Assembly (NCBI GenBank): GCA_015233935.1
Contig: JADFXB010000008.1
Span: forward strand, 2,532 to 66,531
Direction of reading: 5' to 3'
Source: Magnetococcales bacterium
GTDB lineage: Bacteria; Pseudomonadota; Magnetococcia; Magnetococcales; JADFXB01
Length of the DNA: 64,000 nucleotides
Below, in pieces: positions 27,583-37,085 of this stretch (within the stretch, counting starts at the first letter, position 1; every line of letters begins with the position of its first letter). Position numbers and translations under genes: made by a program. Under the pieces are notes generated by a model, which was given only the letters and a program-made list of their open reading frames with translations, searched no databases and had not been told where the DNA came from.

Positions 27583-28557
27583 TTATGAATCGACCTTGCG
27601 CTCTACCAGGGAAGACTCCCGAATGAGATAGGCAGGACGACTACGGACCTCATCAAAAATACGTCCCAAATATTCTCCCAATAAACCGATGCCCATCAAT
27701 TGCACCCCACCCAAAAAGAATATCCCGCTGGTCAAGGTGGGCCAGCCGGAAGGATACATCTCCTTATGAAATAGAGTGGCATAACCCCACAATCCCACCG
27801 TGTAGAGGACATTGAGCATGGAAACCATGGCAATGATAAACCCACCCACGGCAAACAGGCGTAATGGCAGGACCGAAAAAGAAAAAATACCATCCATGCC
27901 AAAACGCAATAAATGGCCAAAGCGAAATTTGGAAACCCCCAGGGAACGAGCCTGCGCCTTATAAGGAATGCTGGTGGTGGTGTAGCCGATCCACACAGCC
28001 AAACCACGCAAAAATTTGTTTTTTTCCGGCAATTGGACCAAGGCATTCAGGGCTTGACGGTCCAGCAGGCGAAAATCCGATTGACCATCCGCCAGTTGCA
28101 AACCAGACAACCGGGAAAGCAGACGGTAAAAATGACGATTGACCCACTGCCGCCACCAAGAGTGATCCTCATTGTTCTGACGCAGGGTATTCACCACCTG
28201 GTAACCCTCCTGCCATTTGGCCAATAAGGCGGGAATCAGGTGGGGCGGGTGTTGCAAATCTGCATCCATGGAGATCACCACCTGGCCCCGCGCCTGCTCA
28301 AGGCCGGCAACCAACCCGCCCTGGTGACCAAAATTGCGGCTCAAGCTCACATAGTGCAAACGCTCATCCTTGGCCCGCCATGCCTTTAACAGGGAGAGGG
28401 TCCGGTCATGACTGCCATTGTCCACCACTATAATTTCAAAAGGATCAGACAATTCTGCCAAGACTGCGGTGACTTGTTGGCAAAAGGATTCGATCACCTC
28501 TTCTTCATTGTAGGCGGTGGTGACAACAGAGAGGAGGACAGGAGAAGTCGGGGACAT
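27583..28557 (-). CDS. Family 2 glycosyltransferase, GtrB/ArnC-like polyprenyl-phosphate glycosyltransferase
   Basis: LSVVTTAYNEEEVI, IIVVDNGSHD and DADLQHPP motifs, plus two C-terminal TM helices. Confidence 0.8.
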   Translation of the reverse strand: MSPTSPVLLSVVTTAYNEEEVIESFCQQVTAVLAELSDPFEIIVVDNGSHDRTLSLLKAWRAKDERLHYVSLSRNFGHQGGLVAGLEQARGQVVISMDADLQHPPHLIPALLAKWQEGYQVVNTLRQNNEDHSWWRQWVNRHFYRLLSRLSGLQLADGQSDFRLLDRQALNALVQLPEKNKFLRGLAVWIGYTTTSIPYKAQARSLGVSKFRFGHLLRFGMDGIFSFSVLPLRLFAVGGFIIAMVSMLNVLYTVGLWGYATLFHKEMYPSGWPTLTSGIFFLGGVQLMGIGLLGEYLGRIFDEVRSRPAYLIRESSLVERKVDS

Positions 28558-28702
28558 GATAACGCCTCAAGGATGGAATCGGACCTGCTTCATTCATCTT
28601 CTTAATAAAAATGAATTGATAGCACAACAGGAGGGAATATGATAGACTTTACCGAGAGAGGTTTAACCATGCCAGGAACCCGACAGCCAAGAGGTGGGCT
28701 GC

Positions 28703-30688
28703 ATGAATCTTACGCCGACAGAGCTTCAGGAAACCATTCGGGTCTTGTTGATCGACGACCAGTCTCTCACCGATTTTTTGCTGCGTAAGATGCTTGCTGG
28801 TGTCAATAATCTGGAACTCTACTTTTGTGCCAGTGCCAACGATGCCATGCGGGTGGCAGAGGCCTGTCAGCCAACCCTGATTCTCATGGACTATTATTTG
28901 GGAGGGGTGAGCGGCCTGGAGTTATTGCGTAACTTTCGCAATCATTACGCTTTTTCTGAAATTCCCATCATTATGCTCTCGGTGGAGGAGCAGCCGGAGC
29001 GCAAAGCCCTTGCCTTTGCCGAGGGGGCCAACGACTATCTGGTCAAATTGCCGGATCGGGAGGAGATGATCGCCCGTATCAGGTATCACTCTCACTCCTA
29101 TTTCAATACCTTGCGTCGTCAGAAGGCGGAAGAAAAATATCGTAAACTCTTTGAACATTCCAACGATGCCGTCTTTCTCTCCGATACCGAAACCGGGGAG
29201 ATCATCGATTGTAACAATGCGGCCTGCCGACTCATGGCCCTGCCACGGGAAATCCTGTTGGGGATGCATCACAGCGACCTCTTTCCTCCTGAGGCCCGTG
29301 ATCGCTATCGCAGTATTTTTAAACTGGCTTTGTCCAAACTGGATCCCAGGGATGAAAACAGTTTCATCCAACGGGCCGACAAGGAACTGGTGCCCGTTAC
29401 CTTAACCACGGCAACTTTTCAGCAAGGGAGCCACTCCTTTACCCAATGGGTGCTGCGGGATGTTTCCGAACGTCGCCAATTGCTGCAATCCTTGGAAGAG
29501 GTTTTGTCGGTGGCGGAAAAGGCCAGTCTGGCCAAATCGGAATTTCTGGCCTCCATGAGCCATGAAATTCGTACTCCCCTCAACATTATCATCGGGCGTG
29601 CCGAATTGTTGATGGAGGCTACCGGTCAGGCGGAAATACTGGAACATGCCCAGTTGTTAAGCAGTGCCAGTGAGTCGCTTTTGGAATTGATCAACAACAT
29701 TCTGGATCTTTCCAAGATCGATGCCGGGCGGTTAAGCCTGGAATATGGCCAATTCGAGTTGCTCCCCCTGTTGGAAGAGGTAACGGGTCTCTTTCAGATG
29801 CAAGCCAAACAGAAGGGCTTACTCTTGCAATTGGAGACAGCTCCCTATTTGCCCAAAATGTTGCTGGCCGACAAGTTGCGCCTCAAACAAATTTTATTCA
29901 ATCTGCTCAACAATGCCATTCGTTTTACCAAAGAGGGGCAGGTTCAGCTCAAGGTTAAACGGGCCAATCGGGCAGGCGAGGAGGGAATGCTGGTTTTTGT
30001 GGTCAATGATACCGGTATCGGTATCCCGGCAGAAAAACAGGAGATGATCTTCGACCCCTTCACCCAGGCCGATGCCTCCATCGCCCGCAACTATGGCGGA
30101 ACCGGCTTGGGACTGGCCATTTGCAATCGGCTGGTGCAACTCATGGGAGGACGGCTCAAGTTAAACAGCCAGGAGGGAAAAGGGAGTACCTTTTTCTTCA
30201 CCTTGCCCACCGCCACCATGGAATCCGAACTTCCTGTCCAGGCATCGTTGGTAAAAGCATCGGCTGCTCTTCCGGTAGAAGAACGGCGTTATACCTATCG
30301 TCCCTTGGACATTCTGCTGGTGGATGACTCGGAAGATAATATTCTGTTGATCAAAGCCTATTTAAAATCTTCACCCCATTACATTGACACGGCCCGCAAC
30401 GGGGAAGAGGCGGTGGAAAAATTCCGCCACCATACCTTTGACCTGATTCTCATGGATTTGCAAATGCCTGGTATGGATGGCCTGGAGGCCTGCAGGGTCA
30501 TGCGTACCCTGGAAAAACAACGGGGATCCAAACCTGTTCAGATTGTCGCCGTCACCGCTTTTGTCTCCAATGAATATATGGAAAAAAGTTTCCATGCGGG
30601 ATTTGATCAATGCTATACCAAGCCAGTGAAAAAGGACCGGATTTTAGAAATTATTCACAGTGTGACGCCAGAGCAGGAAGAGGAGTAA
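28703..30688 (+). CDS. Hybrid sensor kinase (receiver, PAS, HisKA, HATPase_c, receiver)
   Basis: ORF starts at GTG 28694; ATG at 28703. IRVLLIDDQ...LILMDYYL; H-box [12 protein letters not shown]; [13 protein letters not shown]; [12 protein letters not shown]...[13 protein letters not shown]. Confidence 0.88.
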   Translation: MNLTPTELQETIRVLLIDDQSLTDFLLRKMLAGVNNLELYFCASANDAMRVAEACQPTLILMDYYLGGVSGLELLRNFRNHYAFSEIPIIMLSVEEQPERKALAFAEGANDYLVKLPDREEMIARIRYHSHSYFNTLRRQKAEEKYRKLFEHSNDAVFLSDTETGEIIDCNNAACRLMALPREILLGMHHSDLFPPEARDRYRSIFKLALSKLDPRDENSFIQRADKELVPVTLTTATFQQGSHSFTQWVLRDVSERRQLLQSLEEVLSVAEKASLAKSEFLASMSHEIRTPLNIIIGRAELLMEATGQAEILEHAQLLSSASESLLELINNILDLSKIDAGRLSLEYGQFELLPLLEEVTGLFQMQAKQKGLLLQLETAPYLPKMLLADKLRLKQILFNLLNNAIRFTKEGQVQLKVKRANRAGEEGMLVFVVNDTGIGIPAEKQEMIFDPFTQADASIARNYGGTGLGLAICNRLVQLMGGRLKLNSQEGKGSTFFFTLPTATMESELPVQASLVKASAALPVEERRYTYRPLDILLVDDSEDNILLIKAYLKSSPHYIDTARNGEEAVEKFRHHTFDLILMDLQMPGMDGLEACRVMRTLEKQRGSKPVQIVAVTAFVSNEYMEKSFHAGFDQCYTKPVKKDRILEIIHSVTPEQEEE

Positions 30689-31193
30689 GCCGGGAGAGGA
30701 TAAAACGGGCGATCTGAAGAGGATCATTCAATGGCAGGACAGGCAGTTCTGTTGGTAGTGCTTCCACATCGCTGGCAATGGCAATGACCGGGGCAAGTCT
30801 TGTAAGTTCATCAGCCAAGGGTGGGGAGACTTGTTGACGGTGAATGAGTATCTTTGGAAGTCCACCACCATGGAATCCTTCCACCAGGATAAGATCATGG
30901 TTGGGAGCCAAACGAGTCAAATGTTCTTCCAGGCTTGGCTCTGTAAGATGAGATAACTCTTGAATCATAAACCATCGTTGGGGGCAGGCAAAGAGGACGG
31001 TGGCGGCTCCTGCCTGGCGAAAGCGATAGGAGTCTTTGCCGGGAATATCTGGTTCTCCTGGATGGTGGCCATGTTTAAGGGCGGCCACCCGCAAGCCTTG
31101 TTGACTCAAAATTTCAATAACCGATGTCATGAGGGTGGTCTTGCCGGTTCCACTGGCAGCGGCAAAGGCGAAGACGGGTGGGGTGGGTGACAT
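30651..31193 (-). CDS. mobB: Molybdopterin-guanine dinucleotide biosynthesis adapter MobB
   Basis: AAASGTGKTTLM P-loop and AALKHGHH. Its 3' end overlaps the convergent kinase gene by 38 nt. Confidence 0.8.
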   Translation of the reverse strand: MSPTPPVFAFAAASGTGKTTLMTSVIEILSQQGLRVAALKHGHHPGEPDIPGKDSYRFRQAGAATVLFACPQRWFMIQELSHLTEPSLEEHLTRLAPNHDLILVEGFHGGGLPKILIHRQQVSPPLADELTRLAPVIAIASDVEALPTELPVLPLNDPLQIARFILSRLTPLPALASHCE

Positions 31194-31198
31194 GGGGT

Positions 31199-32200
31199 TT
31201 AACCTCCCAAGGCGAACATGCGCAAGGTGGGAGCGGGTTTTTCCGGTTGGTTGAAACCATGGCGCATGGGTTTACGGGCAACCGCCTGCCGAATCAGGTT
31301 GGCCATCTCCTGGTCATCGGCCCCCTGGCGCAGGGCCGGTAGCAGCTCCTGACGGTCGGTGCGTCCCAGGCAGAGGACAAGGGTGCCACGGGAGGTTAGA
31401 CGCATGCGGTTGCAGGTATCGCAAAAGTGTTGGGAGAGGGCGGAAATGATGCCAATATTGGTACGGGAAGAACCAAGTCGAAAATAGCGGGCAGGACCGC
31501 CTCCTTTGTGTTCTGGTTCAAAGGGAACCAGACTGGTGCCAAATTGATTTTCCAGAATATGGATAATCTCTTCGGCGGGCAGAAAGCGATCAAAGCAGGA
31601 TTCCCCCGACTCTCCCACCGGCATGGTTTCGATAAAACGCAACACCACCCCTTTTTCTTGGGCAAAACGGGTCATGTTGGCAATTTCATGGTGGTTGACA
31701 TCCTTCATGACCACCATATTGACTTTGACCGGTTTGAAACCCGCTGCCAAGGCTGCATCAATTCCTGCCAAAACCTTGTCCAGGTGACCTCCACGGGTGA
31801 TGCGGCTGAAAATGGCCGGGTCCAGAGAATCCAGGGAGATATTGACCCGCCGAATGCCCGCATCTTTCAAGGGTTGGGCCAAGCGGTTCAACTGAACGGC
31901 GTTGGTGGAAAGGCTGAGATCTTGCAGGTCCGGGTTGGTGCGGATGGCGGTTGCCAGTTGCACAATATCTTGTCGAACCAGGGGTTCGCCACCGGTTAAG
32001 CGAATGCGTTGCACCCCAAGGGAGACGAAAATATGGGCAAGGCGCACGGTTTCGGCAAAGGTCAAAACCGTATCATCCATCTCTTGAGGAATGGTATGGG
32101 CGGGACGACAATAATCACAGCGCAAGTTGCACCGTTCGGTAACCGACAGGCGCAGATAGCGCATTTCCCGACCAAAGGCATCCTGCAAGGTGGTGGTCAT
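31199..32200 (-). CDS. moaA: GTP 3',8-cyclase
   Basis: CNLRCDYCRP radical-SAM motif and C-terminal CDTCNRMRLT cluster motif. Confidence 0.92.
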   Translation of the reverse strand: MTTTLQDAFGREMRYLRLSVTERCNLRCDYCRPAHTIPQEMDDTVLTFAETVRLAHIFVSLGVQRIRLTGGEPLVRQDIVQLATAIRTNPDLQDLSLSTNAVQLNRLAQPLKDAGIRRVNISLDSLDPAIFSRITRGGHLDKVLAGIDAALAAGFKPVKVNMVVMKDVNHHEIANMTRFAQEKGVVLRFIETMPVGESGESCFDRFLPAEEIIHILENQFGTSLVPFEPEHKGGGPARYFRLGSSRTNIGIISALSQHFCDTCNRMRLTSRGTLVLCLGRTDRQELLPALRQGADDQEMANLIRQAVARKPMRHGFNQPEKPAPTLRMFALGG

Positions 32201-32208
32201 CGGCTGGA

Positions 32209-32685
32209 TCAGGGGTCAGAGGGGGGGCAGCTCCCAGGGGCAGCCAGCTCCACCGATGGGGGAATGGGAATGGTGCAGCGATTGAGGATGGCATAAATTT
32301 TTCGCTCACCGGTTAGGCGCATATTGAGAATAGTCAGAAAATGCCACCCCACCGATTGAAAGACCGAAGGACGCTTGCGGGCATTTTTCAAGGTCCAGGA
32401 CTGCAAGAGAAAACCCACTTCGGTACGTACATGGCCGGTACGGGTGAGGATGCGTCCCAGATTGCGACGCAGTTTGCGATTGTGGATCAATAAAATTTGT
32501 GGGTAGAGAATTTGATCCACCTGACCCAAATGTTTCCTGGTTTTTTTCAGGAGCTGGGAAAATATTTTGTGGCTGTCCGCCAGAGATTTTTTATTTTCTT
32601 CCGAGGCGGCCAAGGCGGATTCCAGGTCTTGGGAGAGGGTGACCAATTTTTCGTGTTGGCGTTCCAGTTTATGGAGCAGTTCCAT
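32209..32685 (-). CDS. Hypothetical protein embedded in the Moco operon (possibly hemerythrin-like; weak)
   Basis: ORF 32209-32832; the start MELLHKLERQHEKL (ATG at 32685) avoids overlapping moaC. It ends 8 nt before moaA. Confidence 0.45.
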   Translation of the reverse strand: MELLHKLERQHEKLVTLSQDLESALAASEENKKSLADSHKIFSQLLKKTRKHLGQVDQILYPQILLIHNRKLRRNLGRILTRTGHVRTEVGFLLQSWTLKNARKRPSVFQSVGWHFLTILNMRLTGERKIYAILNRCTIPIPPSVELAAPGSCPPSDP

Positions 32686-32725
32686 GGTGGTGAAACTCCC
32701 TGTTGAGGGCAGAAGGTATACAAGA

Positions 32726-33214
32726 TCAATCGGTTTGTTGGCGGATAAAGTGACCGCTGCGGCCACCTGCTTTTTCCACCAACCGAATGGGGCCGATTTC
32801 CATGGCACGATCCACAGCCTTACACATATCATAGATGGTCAGGCCGGTAACAGCCACGGCGGTGAGGGCTTCCATTTCCACGCCGGTGCGCCCGGAGGTT
32901 TTGACTGTGGCTTGAATATGGACGCGCCCGTGTTCTTCATCGGTCTGGAAGGCGATGGCGGCAGAGTCCAGGGCGATGGCATGGCAGAGGGGAATCAGCA
33001 TATCCACCCGTTTGGAGGCCATGATGCCTGCCAGGCGCGCCACTTCCAGCACATCCCCCTTGGCCAACTGGCGATTGAGAATCAAGCGCAAGGTGGTCGG
33101 TTGCATGGCAACCCAGCCTTCGGCCACAGCCAAGCGATGGGTGATCTCTTTGGCGGAGACATCCACCATATGGGAGGCCCCATGGGTGTCGAAGTGGGTA
33201 AGGGTATCAGGCAT
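32726..33214 (-). CDS. moaC: Cyclic pyranopterin monophosphate synthase
   Basis: HMVDVSAKE...MLIPLCH...[10 protein letters not shown] motifs. The ATG at 33214 overlaps the moeA stop (ATGCCTGA). Confidence 0.9.
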   Translation of the reverse strand: MPDTLTHFDTHGASHMVDVSAKEITHRLAVAEGWVAMQPTTLRLILNRQLAKGDVLEVARLAGIMASKRVDMLIPLCHAIALDSAAIAFQTDEEHGRVHIQATVKTSGRTGVEMEALTAVAVTGLTIYDMCKAVDRAMEIGPIRLVEKAGGRSGHFIRQQTD

Positions 33215-34412
33215 AGTCGATAAGCCAAACGGGAACCAAATCGCCATCGGCGATGGAGAGGGGGGATTCGGGCAGGGCAATCAGGGCGTTGGCATTGGCC
33301 ATCCCCGACAGAATACCGGAGCCTTGTCCACCGCTAAGGGTAACCCAGGCCCCCTCCGGCTGGAAATAGACCACGCCGCGCAAAAAGTCCATGCGATCAT
33401 GTTTTTTGTGATGGGTGCCCCGGAAGGGCAGCATGAGGCGTTTTTCAGGTTGCGGTTCGGCCCCCATAAGGCGGAAGAGGGCAGGGCGCACCATGAGGAG
33501 AAAAACTGCCAGGCTGGAGACCGGATTACCGGGCAGGCCGAAGAAGGTGGCTTGTCCCAGTTGGCCATAGGCTTGGGGTTTGCCAGGTTTCATGGCCACC
33601 TTCCAGAAGTGAATACTGCCGATATCCTGTAACACTTCCTTGACCAGATCGAAATCTCCTACGGAAACGCCGCCGCTGGTGAGGATGGCATCGCACTCTT
33701 GGGCACCCCGTCGCAAGGCACCGGCGATGGCGTTACGATCGTCGCCCACCAATCCCATATTGAGGGTTTCCACGCCCATGCTTTGCAAGGCGGCCAACAG
33801 GGCCATGCGGTTGCTGTCATAGACCTGGCCGGGCAGTAAAGGGGTAGGGGGTTCCACCACTTCGTTGCCTGTTGAGAGGACACCCACCTTGATTCGGCGG
33901 TAGACGATGATTTCATTGAATCCAAGGGTGGTGAGCAGACCCACATCGGCGGGAGAGAGGCGGCGACCGGGGTGCATGACCTCCTGGCCTTCCTGCATAT
34001 CTTCCCCTGCCGGGCGCACATTTTGTTTGATTTTTTGTCCGGGAGGAATAGTAACCTCAGCCCCCTGGCGGGTGACCACCTCTTGCATGACCACGCAGTC
34101 GCAGCCATCGGGAATGGGGGCACCCGTCATGATGCGAATGGCTTCACCAGGACCGACGGTTCGCTCTAGCCGACTGCCAGCGGGTAAATCAGCGGTGACC
34201 CGCAGGGTGGTAGGGATTTCTTTGGCAAGGTCGGCAAAGCGCACTGCATAGCCGTCCATGCCAGAGTTGTCATGGTTGGGGACCGCATGGGCTGCCACCA
34301 CGGATTTGGCCAAAATGCGCCCAGCCGCTTTTTGCACCGGGATGTTTTCCATTTGGCTGATGGGGTTGACCTGCTCCAGAATGCGGCTTCTGGCTTCGCT
34401 GAACGAGATCAT
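33207..34412 (-). CDS. moeA: Molybdopterin molybdenumtransferase
   Basis: [13 protein letters not shown] and GLPGNPVSS motifs. Confidence 0.9.
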   Translation of the reverse strand: MISFSEARSRILEQVNPISQMENIPVQKAAGRILAKSVVAAHAVPNHDNSGMDGYAVRFADLAKEIPTTLRVTADLPAGSRLERTVGPGEAIRIMTGAPIPDGCDCVVMQEVVTRQGAEVTIPPGQKIKQNVRPAGEDMQEGQEVMHPGRRLSPADVGLLTTLGFNEIIVYRRIKVGVLSTGNEVVEPPTPLLPGQVYDSNRMALLAALQSMGVETLNMGLVGDDRNAIAGALRRGAQECDAILTSGGVSVGDFDLVKEVLQDIGSIHFWKVAMKPGKPQAYGQLGQATFFGLPGNPVSSLAVFLLMVRPALFRLMGAEPQPEKRLMLPFRGTHHKKHDRMDFLRGVVYFQPEGAWVTLSGGQGSGILSGMANANALIALPESPLSIADGDLVPVWLIDYA

Positions 34413-34563
34413 GGACGAGACACCATCGATATAGGGCGAGAAAAATTTGCTCCAACACTGTCACACGCGGGCAAATGATCCTCTTCTTGGGGGAAAAAAA
34501 TCAAGGACAAAGTGTAGGGGAGGAACGTTTTCTCAGAAAATGTTTATTTATCCCATAGACCGG

Positions 34564-35091
34564 TCAATTAGAATCCACGTCTACTTCAGAACCTTTACCG
34601 CGTTTGAGGAATACTTCCCCGCTGGCCGTATTGAAGGTGATCACTCGGCTGGCAACGCCACCCACATCTGTGGCTACCAGGTGAAGCTTTTCACGACGGA
34701 TAATGGCCATGGCCGTATCCACGTTCTGCTTGCCAATTCCCCGTTCTGCCCGCTCTTCGCTCTGAATTTGCCGAAACATGTTGGCCCCGCCAAACAGCTT
34801 GACCTCCAACTCCCGACGCTGGGAGCCATGTTGATCAAAATAACCCAACATAAAATGCAGGGAGCAGGAGACATAATCGGATAAATTGCGGCACACTTTC
34901 ATGCCGCATATCACTTGGGAACACGCACGGCTGGCCAGACGGCTGTGGCAGATGGCTCCGATGCCCTGGCGACGATCAAACAGGGCCACCGACACACAAG
35001 ATCCCAAAACCGTTTGCACCTGGGCCGGGCGCGTACCTATAAACAATTCACCTGGTTCCAACCAGACCACGGGAAGAGAAGAAGTATTCAT
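34564..35091 (-). CDS. cheD: Chemoreceptor glutamine deamidase CheD
   Basis: VQTVLGSCVSVALFD...GAICHSRL, typical of CheD. Confidence 0.85.
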   Translation of the reverse strand: MNTSSLPVVWLEPGELFIGTRPAQVQTVLGSCVSVALFDRRQGIGAICHSRLASRACSQVICGMKVCRNLSDYVSCSLHFMLGYFDQHGSQRRELEVKLFGGANMFRQIQSEERAERGIGKQNVDTAMAIIRREKLHLVATDVGGVASRVITFNTASGEVFLKRGKGSEVDVDSN

Positions 35092-35094
35092 GGC

Positions 35095-35775
35095 TCACCC
35101 TTGCCAGTCGGCCAGGGGTTGGCTGCCGTCCTCTGCGTCAGAGTTGTTCATGCCGGTCAACAGGCGATGCAACTCTTGCTGCAAGGAGGGGGATTTGCCC
35201 AAATCAAGGAAAAACACCAGGGTTCCCTTCACCTCCCCATGCTGGGCGAGATGAAATTGTACCTGTAACTCGGCCAGGACCGGGTTTAATCCATCCGCCA
35301 AGTTACGGATTTCATCATTGCAACCGGAAAGGGTATGGGCCTCCCCACTCTCGATCTCTGTGGAGAGAAAGCGACTCATGTTGGAGGCACAGGTGTAGAG
35401 CAACAGGTCACTGACCTCTTGGAAGGTTTCTCTTTGTCGTGCAAGAAAGTTTTCCCTGGTAGCCTCCTCTCCCCATAATAAATTTAATAAGGGGGACAGG
35501 GAGGGTTTGGGTACCACCAACATGGCCAAGCCGCCGAGGGTGTTCTGGTCATCGGCAAAACGCAAACCATAAGGCATGACCACCACATCCCTCTCACCGG
35601 TGGTACACTCCATCAGCCATTGTTGCAGCGCAACCGTATCCACCATCTGAAATTCAGGTACAGAAAAGGAGATCTCCGCATCCAGCATGCTGCTTAAGGT
35701 GGCAATCACCTGCCCGATGCTAATGTTAAACAGCTCCTTGATGGCATCTTCCTGGGCAGGTTCCAAGTAACTCAT
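35095..35775 (-). CDS. CheC/CheX-family CheY-P phosphatase-like protein (one intact active-site motif)
   Basis: DAIKELFN followed by exactly 22 residues and then P. This matches the D/S-X3-E-X2-N-X22-P signature. The second-half site is degenerate (ETFQEVSD, no P at +23). Confidence 0.7.
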   Translation of the reverse strand: MSYLEPAQEDAIKELFNISIGQVIATLSSMLDAEISFSVPEFQMVDTVALQQWLMECTTGERDVVVMPYGLRFADDQNTLGGLAMLVVPKPSLSPLLNLLWGEEATRENFLARQRETFQEVSDLLLYTCASNMSRFLSTEIESGEAHTLSGCNDEIRNLADGLNPVLAELQVQFHLAQHGEVKGTLVFFLDLGKSPSLQQELHRLLTGMNNSDAEDGSQPLADWQG

Positions 35776-35793
35776 GGAGATTACACCTCTTTC

Positions 35794-36897
35794 TTATTGA
35801 ATTTTGTGAATGTTTTTTTTCTTGAGATCCATGATCTGATCAAGAGGCTGTTTTTTCTGGGTATCCGGGGGTGGGGTGGTTTCGTTGTCGCCTCCCAGTA
35901 AACCTTTCAGCCAGCCGCCCTCCTTTTTCTCTTTCGGCGGTTCGGTTTTGACTTCTCTTTCCGGCAGTTTGGGACGTTCTGGCTTTTCGGTAGGAGGAGG
36001 GGTGGGGGCCGGTTGTGACTTGGTATCCTTGAATTGTAGTACGCCAGACGGTCCAGCGGCATCGTCATCATAATCGTTGCGTTGGGCCAATTGGGACTGT
36101 TGCAGATGGGCCACGAGACCGCTAACTTTTCCCTCAATCTCCAACGAACAGATATCAAATTGGACCCCAACCAGCATGCGGGTAGCAATCCCTTCCACCT
36201 TGACTTCCCGCAAATTTAACTGGGCTTGACTTCTCACAAAGGCTGGAATTTTGAGATAGATGATCCCTGGAATGCGAATGGTCAGGGCAATTTTCATCTC
36301 TGGTTCAAATTTTTCCTCGGCAATTTTGTGGATAAATCCCAAGCCACCGGCACTCACGTCATACACCTGAACCGGCAGGTGGTTGACATCCGGGTCGTCC
36401 GCAATGGTCACCGATGCGGTAATGGGAAAGCTGTCTGGAATGCGCATGCGGTAGTGGCGTCGCTTATTGAGAATCCCAAATTTTTTGGGATAGGAAAAAA
36501 TCAGCACAGGTTCGTCACGAATGACATCGCTACGTAAAAAATCCACATTGGCTTCATAAGCGCGGAGATCTTTGAAAAAACGCAAAATCCCCTTCGGCTC
36601 GGTCATTTTCTTCAGCATCAGATTGCCAAGAGTTGGTATCAGAGGAGCCAAAACCACGTGAGTTCCAGCCCATAGATATCCTGGCTTATGTTTGCGTAAG
36701 AAACTTTTTTCTGCTCCTTCCCCTTCTGGCTCTTCTTCCGGGTGATCCAACAAGACGGTGTAAAACAACCTTACCTTGGAATCCAACTCCAACTCGATCC
36801 TTTCTCCCTCTGCAAGACAGCCTTCCAACAGGCTGCGCACCTTTTGGGAGTCGGACAAAATCTTGTCGTATTGAGTGGGAAGGGCATCTGGCGGCAT
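35794..36897 (-). CDS. YcgR-like PilZ domain c-di-GMP receptor with a Pro/Lys-rich tail
   Basis: RRHYR and DVSAGGLGF motifs. Same architecture as 13499-14545. First gene of the cheC-cheD operon. Confidence 0.8.
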   Translation of the reverse strand: MPPDALPTQYDKILSDSQKVRSLLEGCLAEGERIELELDSKVRLFYTVLLDHPEEEPEGEGAEKSFLRKHKPGYLWAGTHVVLAPLIPTLGNLMLKKMTEPKGILRFFKDLRAYEANVDFLRSDVIRDEPVLIFSYPKKFGILNKRRHYRMRIPDSFPITASVTIADDPDVNHLPVQVYDVSAGGLGFIHKIAEEKFEPEMKIALTIRIPGIIYLKIPAFVRSQAQLNLREVKVEGIATRMLVGVQFDICSLEIEGKVSGLVAHLQQSQLAQRNDYDDDAAGPSGVLQFKDTKSQPAPTPPPTEKPERPKLPEREVKTEPPKEKKEGGWLKGLLGGDNETTPPPDTQKKQPLDQIMDLKKKNIHKIQ

Positions 36898-37085
36898 TGC
36901 TCACTTATCCTGTGGCCGGGGGTTGGGACAATTTTCTGTTCGTTGAATACTGGACCCAATCAGAGTTTCGATGATGTTGATATATTCGCGACAAAAAATC
37001 AATATTGGCTATATGTTGGCCATACAGCTATCCTCTTTCCTGGGCGTTTCTGCAGGGGTAAGGCGAGATTAAGGAGTGAACTAAA

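Noticed and set aside
34413-34563. Possible Moco riboswitch in the 150-nt leader of moeA.
   Set aside because: I could not find the conserved Moco-motif helices or sequence blocks by eye. There is only a weak imperfect hairpin (AACATTTTC-TGA-GAAAACGTT), more likely related to cheD termination. An Infernal scan would be needed to settle this.
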